Position numbers and translations under genes: made by a program
Part shown: in pieces, positions 28,700 to 35,499 of the stretch
How positions within the stretch are numbered: the stretch's first letter is position 1
Layout of the letters: each line of letters starts with the position of its first letter
Origin: a virus
Taxonomy: Duplodnaviria; Caudoviricetes
Length of the DNA stretch: 64,000 bases
Strand: one strand, 5' to 3'
IMG/VR virus record: IMGVR_UViG_2706795719_000001
Span: 32,001 to 96,000 of that record
Notes under the pieces: generated by a model
What the model was told of the DNA's origin: nothing
The model's input: only the letters and a program-made list of their open reading frames with translations
The model's database searches: none

Positions 28700-29147
28700 A
28701 ATAAGCCTCTATCTTTTTACGACATGTTTCAATATATTGATTTCGTTCATTAGTTCTTTTAGAATTAATAAAATCTAATTTGGCCTTAGTAAAATCGGTT
28801 TCAGAAATTTCGGTCATTAATTGCGAGGTTTGGTCTCTAGATAAAAATAGTGCATAACAATAATTCCCTTCCATAAAAACCACGGCATTAGTTCTAGAAT
28901 TTATTTCATCTACAGATTTTATTAACTTGTTAAATGGTATATTTAGTTCTATAGCAGCATCAAACTCACATGCATAAAATTTAACAGAATCAGCGACTTC
29001 ATACAAAAACTCTTTTATTTCTTGTATAGAAAATTTTGTCTTATTATAAGTTAATATCCAATTAGTATCAGGGTCCCTTATATCGGCCCAAATTATGTTT
29101 GAACCACTCCCTGCACATTTATACCGATAAAAAACATTATTATCCAT
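28692..29147 (-). CDS. Hypothetical protein (paralog of 28217-28699)
   Basis: Shared IIWADIR / LFL / RNQYIETCR motifs. Confidence 0.7.
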   Translation of the reverse strand: MDNNVFYRYKCAGSGSNIIWADIRDPDTNWILTYNKTKFSIQEIKEFLYEVADSVKFYACEFDAAIELNIPFNKLIKSVDEINSRTNAVVFMEGNYCYALFLSRDQTSQLMTEISETDFTKAKLDFINSKRTNERNQYIETCRKKIEAYYG

Positions 29148-29153
29148 ATATCC

Positions 29154-29444
29154 TCACATTTTCTCACAAAAGGCCCATTCTGCATGATATACAGAAGCTC
29201 CTTTAGTATCATTCATACAAACTAAATCAACAGGTGAAACAACACGGTATAATACAGGTTCTCCACCTAATGATCTAACTGCACGACCGGCATAAATTTT
29301 AGCTAAACCAAGGTCTTCAGTAAAGAAGATTCTATCAAGATTTTTCTTACGTCCTTTTTCAGAAATGGTTTCTGTTGTTTCTGGTGGAAGCAACATATGT
29401 TTAATACCGCACACAGAAGAAGAACCATGATAGAACGTTTTCAT
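29154..29444 (-). CDS. Minimal ADP-ribosyltransferase-fold protein (Arr-like)
   Basis: FYHGS, IFFT, AKIYA, GGEPVLYRV. Confidence 0.6.
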   Translation of the reverse strand: MKTFYHGSSSVCGIKHMLLPPETTETISEKGRKKNLDRIFFTEDLGLAKIYAGRAVRSLGGEPVLYRVVSPVDLVCMNDTKGASVYHAEWAFCEKM

Positions 29445-29446
29445 TA

Positions 29447-29704
29447 TTAAGCCTTTAAAGTGGTTATTTTTAATAATTTAGTTTTTAAATCAGAAACAAT
29501 TTTACGTTGTTCCAACACGGCATATTTAACCCCTTTTGGGTATTTGCCATCATATGTAGAAGTCTCATTATCGCATGAAAGAATAACTAAGCTATTCAAT
29601 AAGGCCTCTTCTAAATCTAAAGTTCTTTTAATTTCATTTACTTCTAAAGCAAATCCGCGTTTAGCTTTGTATTTAGCGTATTTAGATCTCATTATAATCT
29701 CCAT
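29447..29704 (-). CDS. Hypothetical early protein
   Basis: ORF behind early promoter; probable start MRSKY. Confidence 0.55.
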   Translation of the reverse strand: MEIIMRSKYAKYKAKRGFALEVNEIKRTLDLEEALLNSLVILSCDNETSTYDGKYPKGVKYAVLEQRKIVSDLKTKLLKITTLKA

Positions 29705-29721
29705 TATTAAATCATGGGTCT

Positions 29722-29751
29722 ATTATACTATCTATGGATTGAGATGTAAAC
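29722..29751 (-). promoter_or_regulatory. Early promoter
   Basis: gTTTACA-17-TATAAT. Confidence 0.8.
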
Positions 29752-29761
29752 AGATAAAACC

Positions 29762-29790
29762 AAAAAAAAGGAGCACTAGGCTCCTTTTTA
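29762..29790. terminator. Bidirectional-looking terminator
   Basis: A-tract-GGAGC-ACTAG-GCTCC-T-tract; reverse complement of hairpin at 49900-49918. Confidence 0.8.
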
Positions 29791-30138
29791 TTAAATGCAT
29801 CCACCACAAGATGAATGCTTCCAGTCTTTATCATTAATATATGGATAAAGATTTTCTAAAACTTGTTCTAGGTCTTTAAACCCATGTCGTTCTAACGAAG
29901 ATCTTAAACCATTGGTATCATTCTTAATTACATATTTGACCCATCGGTCTTTATCCATACCTTGGACTTCATATTCCCAAACGTCATCCCAATTTTCAAA
30001 ATGCCAACTGCCATATTCTTTTCTGGTATCAAAGTTTCCAGATTCTAATCCTGTTAATTTGATACCATCAATAATAATTGCCCATTCACCAAAACATAAT
30101 GATGGATAACTTCCAGACCAATCTACAGAAATTTCCAT
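29791..30138 (-). CDS. Hypothetical protein
   Basis: Start MEISVDW after AAGGA; YPSLCFG...SCGGCI. Confidence 0.65.
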   Translation of the reverse strand: MEISVDWSGSYPSLCFGEWAIIIDGIKLTGLESGNFDTRKEYGSWHFENWDDVWEYEVQGMDKDRWVKYVIKNDTNGLRSSLERHGFKDLEQVLENLYPYINDKDWKHSSCGGCI

Positions 30139-30248
30139 AATATTCCTTATAAACAAAATACAACAGCAGCTAAAAATATAAAGACAAATAACGGGATATA
30201 CCAAATTGTCTTAATCACATCACTAGGTTTTTCTGTATCAAACATATG

Positions 30249-30653
30249 TTACCACCCATAAGAAAGACCGGCACCGACAGAAGAATTAGATTCATTATCA
30301 AATGAAGCATTAACTTTAAAAATAATATTTGTATCTGATGGCTTACCACCTACAGATACACCTAAAGCACTTCCAGATTTATATCCGCCAACGCCAACGC
30401 CAATACTGAATGATTTAGTATAATCAATAGGGATACTAGTTACTGCCATGGTCCCAGCAATAGCAGAATATAATTTATCATAAACCGGGGATGAACTACT
30501 AATATATCTGTTCATTGTCTCAGTTACGGTTCCATCATGGTATGTGTGACTACCATTACTAATCCATTTATCATCATTATAATCAGCAAAATTTGACCAT
30601 GCTGCAAAAGACAATAAAGATGATAATAAAATCATGCATTTAATATATTTCAT
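30249..30653 (-). CDS. YadA-type trimeric autotransporter anchor protein
   Basis: Signal peptide; AIAGTMAVTSIP, IGVGVGGYKSGSALGV, SVGAGLSYGW with terminal aromatic. Confidence 0.85.
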   Translation of the reverse strand: MKYIKCMILLSSLLSFAAWSNFADYNDDKWISNGSHTYHDGTVTETMNRYISSSSPVYDKLYSAIAGTMAVTSIPIDYTKSFSIGVGVGGYKSGSALGVSVGGKPSDTNIIFKVNASFDNESNSSVGAGLSYGW

Positions 30654-30661
30654 AAATCACC

Positions 30662-31012
30662 TTAGTAATAAAGAGTTTGGCCTACAAAAATTTTATTTTC
30701 GTCTACAATGTTGTTTAAAATTTTAAGATATTCGATAGAAACACCTAAATTTAGTGAAATTTCGCCCAATGTATCTTTATACCGAACTTCATATGCCATT
30801 AAATTGGAATCACGGTTAATCGATGCTGTTAAAAAGTCAATAGAATTAAAAACTTTTAAACTAATAACTTCGTCGTTACCTTCATTATACCCAATACCGC
30901 GTTTAACTATAGAAACTTCAGACCCAAATTCAGTTTCAATTGCGCCAATAATATTCCGTGTATCAACCATAAATCGAGATTGGTTTTCTAAAGAAGTCAA
31001 AATAATTTTCAT
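30662..31012 (-). CDS. LysM-domain protein
   Basis: C-terminal YEVRYKDTLGEIS..GVSIEYLKILNNI..NKIFVGQTL. Confidence 0.8.
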   Translation of the reverse strand: MKIILTSLENQSRFMVDTRNIIGAIETEFGSEVSIVKRGIGYNEGNDEVISLKVFNSIDFLTASINRDSNLMAYEVRYKDTLGEISLNLGVSIEYLKILNNIVDENKIFVGQTLYY

Positions 31013-31041
31013 AATAGATCCTTGTTTGTTTAGGTGGAATA

Positions 31042-31068
31042 ATATTAACATATAAAAGTATAAAGCAA
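31042..31068 (-). promoter_or_regulatory. Middle promoter (MotA box)
   Basis: TTGCTTTA-13-TAATAT. Confidence 0.7.
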
Positions 31069-31086
31069 TAATTAAATATCAAAAAC

Positions 31087-31115
31087 AAAAAAGGTCCAAC
31101 ATTTCTGTGGACCTT
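31087..31115 (-). terminator. Terminator at end of tRNA cluster
   Basis: AAGGTCCA...TGGACC-TTTTTT on minus strand. Confidence 0.7.
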
Positions 31116-31148
31116 AAAAGCAACTTCTTTTATTATTTATTTTAAATA

Positions 31149-31223
31149 TGGCACACCCACGGAGATTCGAACTCCGGTTACCTGCTCGAAAGGCAGGGGT
31201 CCTTACCACTAGACGACGGGTGT
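31149..31223 (-). tRNA. tRNA-Glu(TTC)
   Basis: Cloverleaf, CCTGC-CTTTCGA-GCAGG, GTTCGA, encoded CCA. Confidence 0.93.
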
Positions 31224-31228
31224 ATAAA

Positions 31229-31320
31229 TGGAAGAGAGTATGGGATTCGAACCCATGGAGCACCTTCCAGTACCCAACGGTTTTCAAGACCGTCTCATTA
31301 AACCTCTCTGACAACTCTCC
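31229..31320 (-). tRNA. tRNA-Ser(TGA)
   Basis: ACGGT-CTTGAAA-ACCGT, long variable arm, CCA. Confidence 0.92.
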
Positions 31321-31324
31321 AAAA

Positions 31325-31645
31325 TTAAAATATCATGTTATAAATTGAACCTTTACCAAAATCAATTTGCTGGGTTTTAGAATATTCTTTAAATAGTTCA
31401 AAATCACCAATTAATTCGGGTTCCCATTGTCCTTCTAAACCATAACATGAACAATGCGAGCCATGTACTTCCCAAAATTGTCCTAATATATCGGCATAAA
31501 TTACAATAGCGCATCCACAATAATCTTCACAATCATAATAAGCTAAAACAATTTCTTTATCTGCTAAAACATCTGTTGGAATTTGGAATTCATTACAAAT
31601 ATCTTCTTTGGAAGTAAACAAATCCATAAATACATTAGTTTTCAT
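31325..31645 (-). CDS. Conserved hypothetical phage protein
   Basis: EVHGSHCSCYGLEGQWEPE; GAGGA RBS. Confidence 0.7.
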   Translation of the reverse strand: MKTNVFMDLFTSKEDICNEFQIPTDVLADKEIVLAYYDCEDYCGCAIVIYADILGQFWEVHGSHCSCYGLEGQWEPELIGDFELFKEYSKTQQIDFGKGSIYNMIF

Positions 31646-31667
31646 ATTATCCTCACAATTAATTTGG
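31642..31667 (-). repeat. 26-bp tRNA-trailer/RBS repeat, copy 1
   Basis: tcatattatcctcacaattaatttgg, identical at 32664-32689. Confidence 0.9.
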
Positions 31668-31740
31668 CGGTCTTACCGAGAATCGAACTCGGTGCTGTTC
31701 CGTGACAGGGAACTATGTTAACCAGGTACACCATAAGACC
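31665..31740 (-). tRNA. tRNA-Asp(GTC)
   Basis: GTTCC-CTGTCAC-GGAAC, CCA. Confidence 0.93.
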
Positions 31741-31761
31741 TAAAAATGTACCCATCCGGTT

Positions 31762-31937
31762 TTCCAGTTTGGTGAAGGGTTGTCACCTCTAGTTTTAACC
31801 TGCTAGTCAAGTAATAATTGCATATCGTCCAAATTATCAATCCCGTCTAGGTTATATTACACCACTTCCTAGAATACCAGAGATCTTGTTCTGGATTTAA
31901 TCGACGTAGCTTACACCATATACGCCTGACTGTGGAA
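31762..31937 (-). ncRNA. Candidate multi-hairpin structured RNA
   Basis: Six short stems within a closing stem between tRNA-Gly and tRNA-Asp; no ORF in track. Confidence 0.55.
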
Positions 31938-31939
31938 TT

Positions 31940-32014
31940 TGGAGCGACCTAGGAGAATTGAACTCCTATCTTCTGGGTGGAAGCCAGAAATAATACCCGC
32001 TATACCAAGGCCGC
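31940..32014 (-). tRNA. tRNA-Gly(TCC)
   Basis: TCTGG-CTTCCAC-CCAGA, CCA. Confidence 0.93.
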
Positions 32015-32275
32015 TTAAATTTGTTCTACATCTGTGATTTGACCTAAATAAAATGAAATTCTATATTCTATAAATTCATTATTATGGTACGAAATTAAAT
32101 CTAAGTCACCACTATATTCTAAAATGTTATTTTTGAAATGTAAATGGTTTTTGTCAATAGTAAATTCATTAAAATTTGGTTCTAAATCTTTTGTTTGAAA
32201 TTCTAAACCATTATGTTCTTGTTTAAAATTTTTATGTTTAATTGATTTAACACTAATTGTATCGTATACACCCAT
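32015..32275 (-). CDS. Hypothetical protein
   Basis: MGVYDTI...EFQTKDL; GAGG RBS. Confidence 0.65.
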   Translation of the reverse strand: MGVYDTISVKSIKHKNFKQEHNGLEFQTKDLEPNFNEFTIDKNHLHFKNNILEYSGDLDLISYHNNEFIEYRISFYLGQITDVEQI

Positions 32276-32300
32276 AATAATACCCTCACGTTATCAAATG

Positions 32301-32403
32301 AATATCCACTCATAAGTTTTAAATAACCTATGTCACGTCTGGTCCAGAAAATCGAATTTCGAATAATCCGGAACCGATTAATCGGAACGTCTAAGTGGAT
32401 ATT
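32301..32403 (-). ncRNA. Candidate structured RNA directly 3' of tRNA-Pro
   Basis: 10-bp closing stem AATATCCACT/AGTGGATATT with three internal hairpins. Confidence 0.55.
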
Positions 32404-32407
32404 GATT

Positions 32408-32484
32408 TGGTCTGTACGGAAGGATTCGAACCTTCGACCCGATGCATCCAAAGCACCTACGCTACCAGACTGCGCTACGTACAG
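32408..32484 (-). tRNA. tRNA-Pro(TGG)
   Basis: GGTGC-TTTGGAT-GCATC, CCA. Confidence 0.92.
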
Positions 32485-32667
32485 TTATCTTTTAGTACTC
32501 CAATTTTTATCAGTAGCTTTATCTACTGCTTTATAATACCAATTTTTAATATCTTTTGACACAGAATAACCAGTTAATATGTTTGCAATTGAAATACTAT
32601 AAAAAGCCATTAGTAATATGCATGACACAAATCCTAATATAACACAAATAATTCCTAAAGCACTCAT
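32485..32667 (-). CDS. Small membrane protein
   Basis: Start MSALGII after GAGGA; hydrophobic N-terminus. Confidence 0.6.
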   Translation of the reverse strand: MSALGIICVILGFVSCILLMAFYSISIANILTGYSVSKDIKNWYYKAVDKATDKNWSTKR

Positions 32668-32689
32668 ATTATCCTCACAATTAATTTGG
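32664..32689 (-). repeat. 26-bp tRNA-trailer/RBS repeat, copy 2
   Basis: Identical to 31642-31667. Confidence 0.9.
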
Positions 32690-32762
32690 TGACCCACCAT
32701 GGAATCGAACCATGCTCCAACGCTTATGAGGCGTTCGCTTTCAACCAGTAAGCTAGAGGGCC
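32687..32762 (-). tRNA. tRNA(CAT), probably Ile2 (lysidine) rather than Met
   Basis: AACGC-CTCATAA-GCGTT; GGCCC acceptor start like ileX; lacks initiator GGG/CCC. Confidence 0.85.
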
Positions 32763-32767
32763 AAATT

Positions 32768-32852
32768 TGGTGGTACCGGGTAGACTCGAACTACCGAAGG
32801 CCGAAGCCTGGAGATTTACAGTCTCCTGTCATTGCCGCTAGACTACGATACC
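32768..32852 (-). tRNA. tRNA-Tyr(GTA)
   Basis: GGAGA-CTGTAAA-TCTCC, variable arm, CCA. Confidence 0.93.
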
Positions 32853-32859
32853 AATAAAA

Positions 32860-32936
32860 TGGTACACACTACAGGATTCGAACCTGTGACCTAGGGCTTA
32901 GAAGGTCCTTGCTCTATCCAACTGAGCTAAGTGTGC
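32860..32936 (-). tRNA. tRNA-Arg(TCT)
   Basis: AGGAC-CTTCTAA-GCCCT (one mismatch), CCA. Confidence 0.9.
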
Positions 32937-32994
32937 ATTATTAATAAATTCTAGTTTAAAACTTATTAATAATGGCAGGATATCCTGCCTAAAC

Positions 32995-33279
32995 TTAAAC
33001 TCTGTACTTATTTATAATATCTAAAACAGTGGATTCGTTTTCCTTCAATTCCAAGTAGATGTTATCTCTAACTTCAGTATCACTGATATGCCACTTCATA
33101 GCATCTATCAATAAATCTCTTGGGATCATATTAAACAATTCATTTAATAAAGCAACATTATTTTCTAATTCTATATCAAATAATTCAAAAATAGAATCAT
33201 GCACAGAATTATAAAAATCAGTATACTCTATATCATACTTTGATAAGTTTTCAATAAAATTAATCATATTATATCCCAA
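32995..33279 (-). CDS. Acidic hypothetical protein
   Basis: DAMKWHISDTEVRDNIY; probable start MINF. Confidence 0.6.
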   Translation of the reverse strand: MGYNMINFIENLSKYDIEYTDFYNSVHDSIFELFDIELENNVALLNELFNMIPRDLLIDAMKWHISDTEVRDNIYLELKENESTVLDIINKYRV

Positions 33280-33313
33280 CCCGATTCTAAACCCAAGAAA
33301 ATGAAAATAAGGT

Positions 33314-33697
33314 TTATTTACATAATTCAGGATATGACCGTTTAAACTTGCTGTTAGAACACAAAGCCTTTACCAATTTGTCACCAAATCTTTTCTTGAC
33401 ACTTTCCCCAGATTCTTCATAATCTAGTTTAATGTTTTTCAATATTCTTTCACCACCCGTAAAGGTCATTTTAGCTTCATACCCCTTCTTGGGATCATAG
33501 TTTATGAAATCTAATGTCACTTTGACACTGAGTCCTTTATTCGCGTCATGGTTAATAAAAATTTGTTTTCTGTTATCATCCAGAACTGGAAACAAAATCA
33601 CATATTGGTTGCGTGAATATGTTTTTTCTATTTTATATTCTGGTAAAGCAGATTCTGTGAGAACGCTTTCAGTGATAAATTCTTTAAATGACTTCAT
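33314..33697 (-). CDS. Putative internal head protein with capsid-targeting sequence
   Basis: N-terminus MKSFKEFITE resembles T4 CTS (MKTYQEFIAE). Confidence 0.7.
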   Translation of the reverse strand: MKSFKEFITESVLTESALPEYKIEKTYSRNQYVILFPVLDDNRKQIFINHDANKGLSVKVTLDFINYDPKKGYEAKMTFTGGERILKNIKLDYEESGESVKKRFGDKLVKALCSNSKFKRSYPELCK

Positions 33698-33761
33698 TTC
33701 TCATCCTATTATTTTGATAAATCGTTACCAACGTATCTTTCCAGCCCGACCTTCAGCAAGA

Positions 33762-33818
33762 CGAACTCACGTAAAACAGATTAACAGTCCGCTGCTTAAA
33801 CCACTCAGCCAACTACCC
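33762..33818 (-). pseudogene. Truncated tRNA-Asn(GTT)
   Basis: GGGTAGT-TGGCTGAGTGG..GCGGA-CTGTTAA-TCTGT..GTGAGTTCG, then no 3' acceptor strand or CCA. Confidence 0.8.
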
Positions 33819-33981
33819 AATATATTTAACATTCTTTTGATAAGATTCTATTGAATCCAATTCAGAAGTATGCATTGAAACAGTTTTACCATTTGTGAAC
33901 TCTATAACTATATTTATAGCATAAATAGAGGTGGTATTTTCGTCAGAATTAATAATATTCTTCACTTGTTGGTAGAAGAAT

Positions 33982-34008
33982 ATATTATCACATATATTAT
34001 GAAAGCAT
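33982..34008 (-). promoter_or_regulatory. Middle promoter upstream of tRNA cluster
   Basis: ATGCTTTC-13-TAATAT. Confidence 0.5.
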
Positions 34009-34009
34009 A

Positions 34010-34393
34010 TCATCGAACTTCTAAATCAGGAATAACAACAGTAGGTTTAAAAATAACTTTATAATGATAAGGGCTTGCTTTGGCACTGTCGACTTGTTCA
34101 ATAAAGAAAGTTACATTATCAGAAAGTCCAAGCATATGTTTTTTATATTCATTAGGTCCTGTTTGACAGACAATACCAAGAACACGATCTGTACTTGTAT
34201 TATCACGGGTGCACTTACCTTCTATTTGAAGCATATAATCATTAGTGATACCATTATAAAATACAATACGGCGTTCAATTTTAAAATTATCAGAATCTTT
34301 ACTCAGATTACGTGATACAACATCTGAATCATTTGGGCACCCAGTTAATAAAAATGCAGCACCTAATACTACACATGATAATAGTTTTTTCAT
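34010..34393 (-). CDS. Conserved phage lipoprotein
   Basis: Lipobox LTGC; SRNLSKDSDNF..RRIVFYNGIT. Confidence 0.8.
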   Translation of the reverse strand: MKKLLSCVVLGAAFLLTGCPNDSDVVSRNLSKDSDNFKIERRIVFYNGITNDYMLQIEGKCTRDNTSTDRVLGIVCQTGPNEYKKHMLGLSDNVTFFIEQVDSAKASPYHYKVIFKPTVVIPDLEVR

Positions 34394-34743
34394 TGATAAA
34401 CCCTTTTTGTTTTTCTTACTAAAATAACTTGGTGAGGAGTATTCATAATATAAGCAAATACATCTTTATCATAATCACGTGGGTGGTAATACTCATAGAC
34501 CGCTACACGAAATCCTTCTTTAGTAAATCCTAAGATGACACCAACGCTAATGCCTTTCCAGGGTCCTGTAGATGAGAACGAGACAATATCTCCTACAGAT
34601 ATTAAATTACCTATCATGTCTTCTTTAGGTGTTCCCTGCATTAATTTAGGGTGAATTTCTAATTCTGGGTCATTGGCATAAATTTCTTTAAACCCAATTT
34701 TATTTTGTTCTTTAAATAAACTAAATGCTTCATTAATATTCAT
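34390..34743 (-). CDS. Hypothetical SH3/KOW-like protein
   Basis: DMIGNLISVGDIVSF. Confidence 0.6.
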   Translation of the reverse strand: MNINEAFSLFKEQNKIGFKEIYANDPELEIHPKLMQGTPKEDMIGNLISVGDIVSFSSTGPWKGISVGVILGFTKEGFRVAVYEYYHPRDYDKDVFAYIMNTPHQVILVRKTKRVYQ

Positions 34744-34960
34744 TTCTTATCTCTTCAAAAAATTCATCAATTGACCAGTGGTATTTTTATGGGTTTCAGA
34801 AAAAACAAATACACCATTGGCTTCTATTTTGGTATAATCAGATTCATTTACATAATTAGATATATCACAGACAAAAATTAAAGCCTTCTATACTATCACA
34901 CCAGCCATTGGAATTGAACACGTTGTTTTCATAACGAATAATATCCATTAGGATTCTCCG

Positions 34961-35218
34961 CTACTGCTGACCGAGGGCTTTTGCGATTACAGCGTCAACG
35001 ATATCTAAATCATCGTCATCATCTGGTTTATAGCTTGCAATTTTATTGCGAAGTCTTATTAACTGCTCTAATAACTCTGGTGCTGATGTGATTAGGTTGG
35101 CGTTTGATTTACGCTCTTCTAACTGACCAGCATCCCATGCTTCTTCTGCTATTTCTTCTATGTTGCAATCTCTAGTTAGCCTGGCATAGTTATCCTCGAA
35201 CCATTTATTAAACTCCAT
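34961..35218 (-). CDS. Temperate-phage-type hypothetical protein
   Basis: SNANLITSAPELLEQL...VIAKALG motif. Confidence 0.7.
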   Translation of the reverse strand: MEFNKWFEDNYARLTRDCNIEEIAEEAWDAGQLEERKSNANLITSAPELLEQLIRLRNKIASYKPDDDDDLDIVDAVIAKALGQQ

Positions 35219-35219
35219 A

Positions 35220-35408
35220 TCACCCCCTGGCCTTTAACATTGCATCGGCATATGCATAAGCAAGTTTCGCATAATATTCAGTGGCCTCTTTAACCGAAGT
35301 AAAAGCAACGTTACTCGTATCACTATGAGATAAGCATCCGTTCAGCGCGGCTATTGCGAACTTGTCACGTAACTCTTCTAATTCCGATGATAATAGTTTA
35401 TCCGCCAT
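35220..35408 (-). CDS. Temperate-phage-type hypothetical protein
   Basis: LRDKFAIAAL...AYAYADAMLKAR motif. Confidence 0.7.
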   Translation of the reverse strand: MADKLLSSELEELRDKFAIAALNGCLSHSDTSNVAFTSVKEATEYYAKLAYAYADAMLKARG

Positions 35409-35472
35409 ACTTTCTCCATTATATCAATAAAATCTAAACAATATAAATCCGCAATTAAACAGGTTTTGACTT

Positions 35473-35499
35473 AATATAACTCATCATCCTTTGAAGCAT
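35473..35499 (-). promoter_or_regulatory. Middle promoter (MotA box)
   Basis: ATGCTTCA-13-TATATT. Confidence 0.65.

Noticed and set aside
31114-31348. ORFs 31114-31314 and 31148-31348
   Set aside because: They overlap tRNA-Glu and tRNA-Ser; spurious
32203-32536. ORFs 32203-32451 and 32330-32536
   Set aside because: They overlap tRNA-Pro and the structured RNA candidate
32937-32989. Palindromes upstream of tRNA-Arg (attattaataa..ttattaataat; ggcaggatatcctgcc)
   Set aside because: Single occurrences, plausibly processing or stability hairpins; no function can be supported
33813-34013. 66-aa ORF upstream of the truncated tRNA-Asn
   Set aside because: Contains the putative tRNA-cluster middle promoter and has no clear RBS; may be leader sequence, left uncalled
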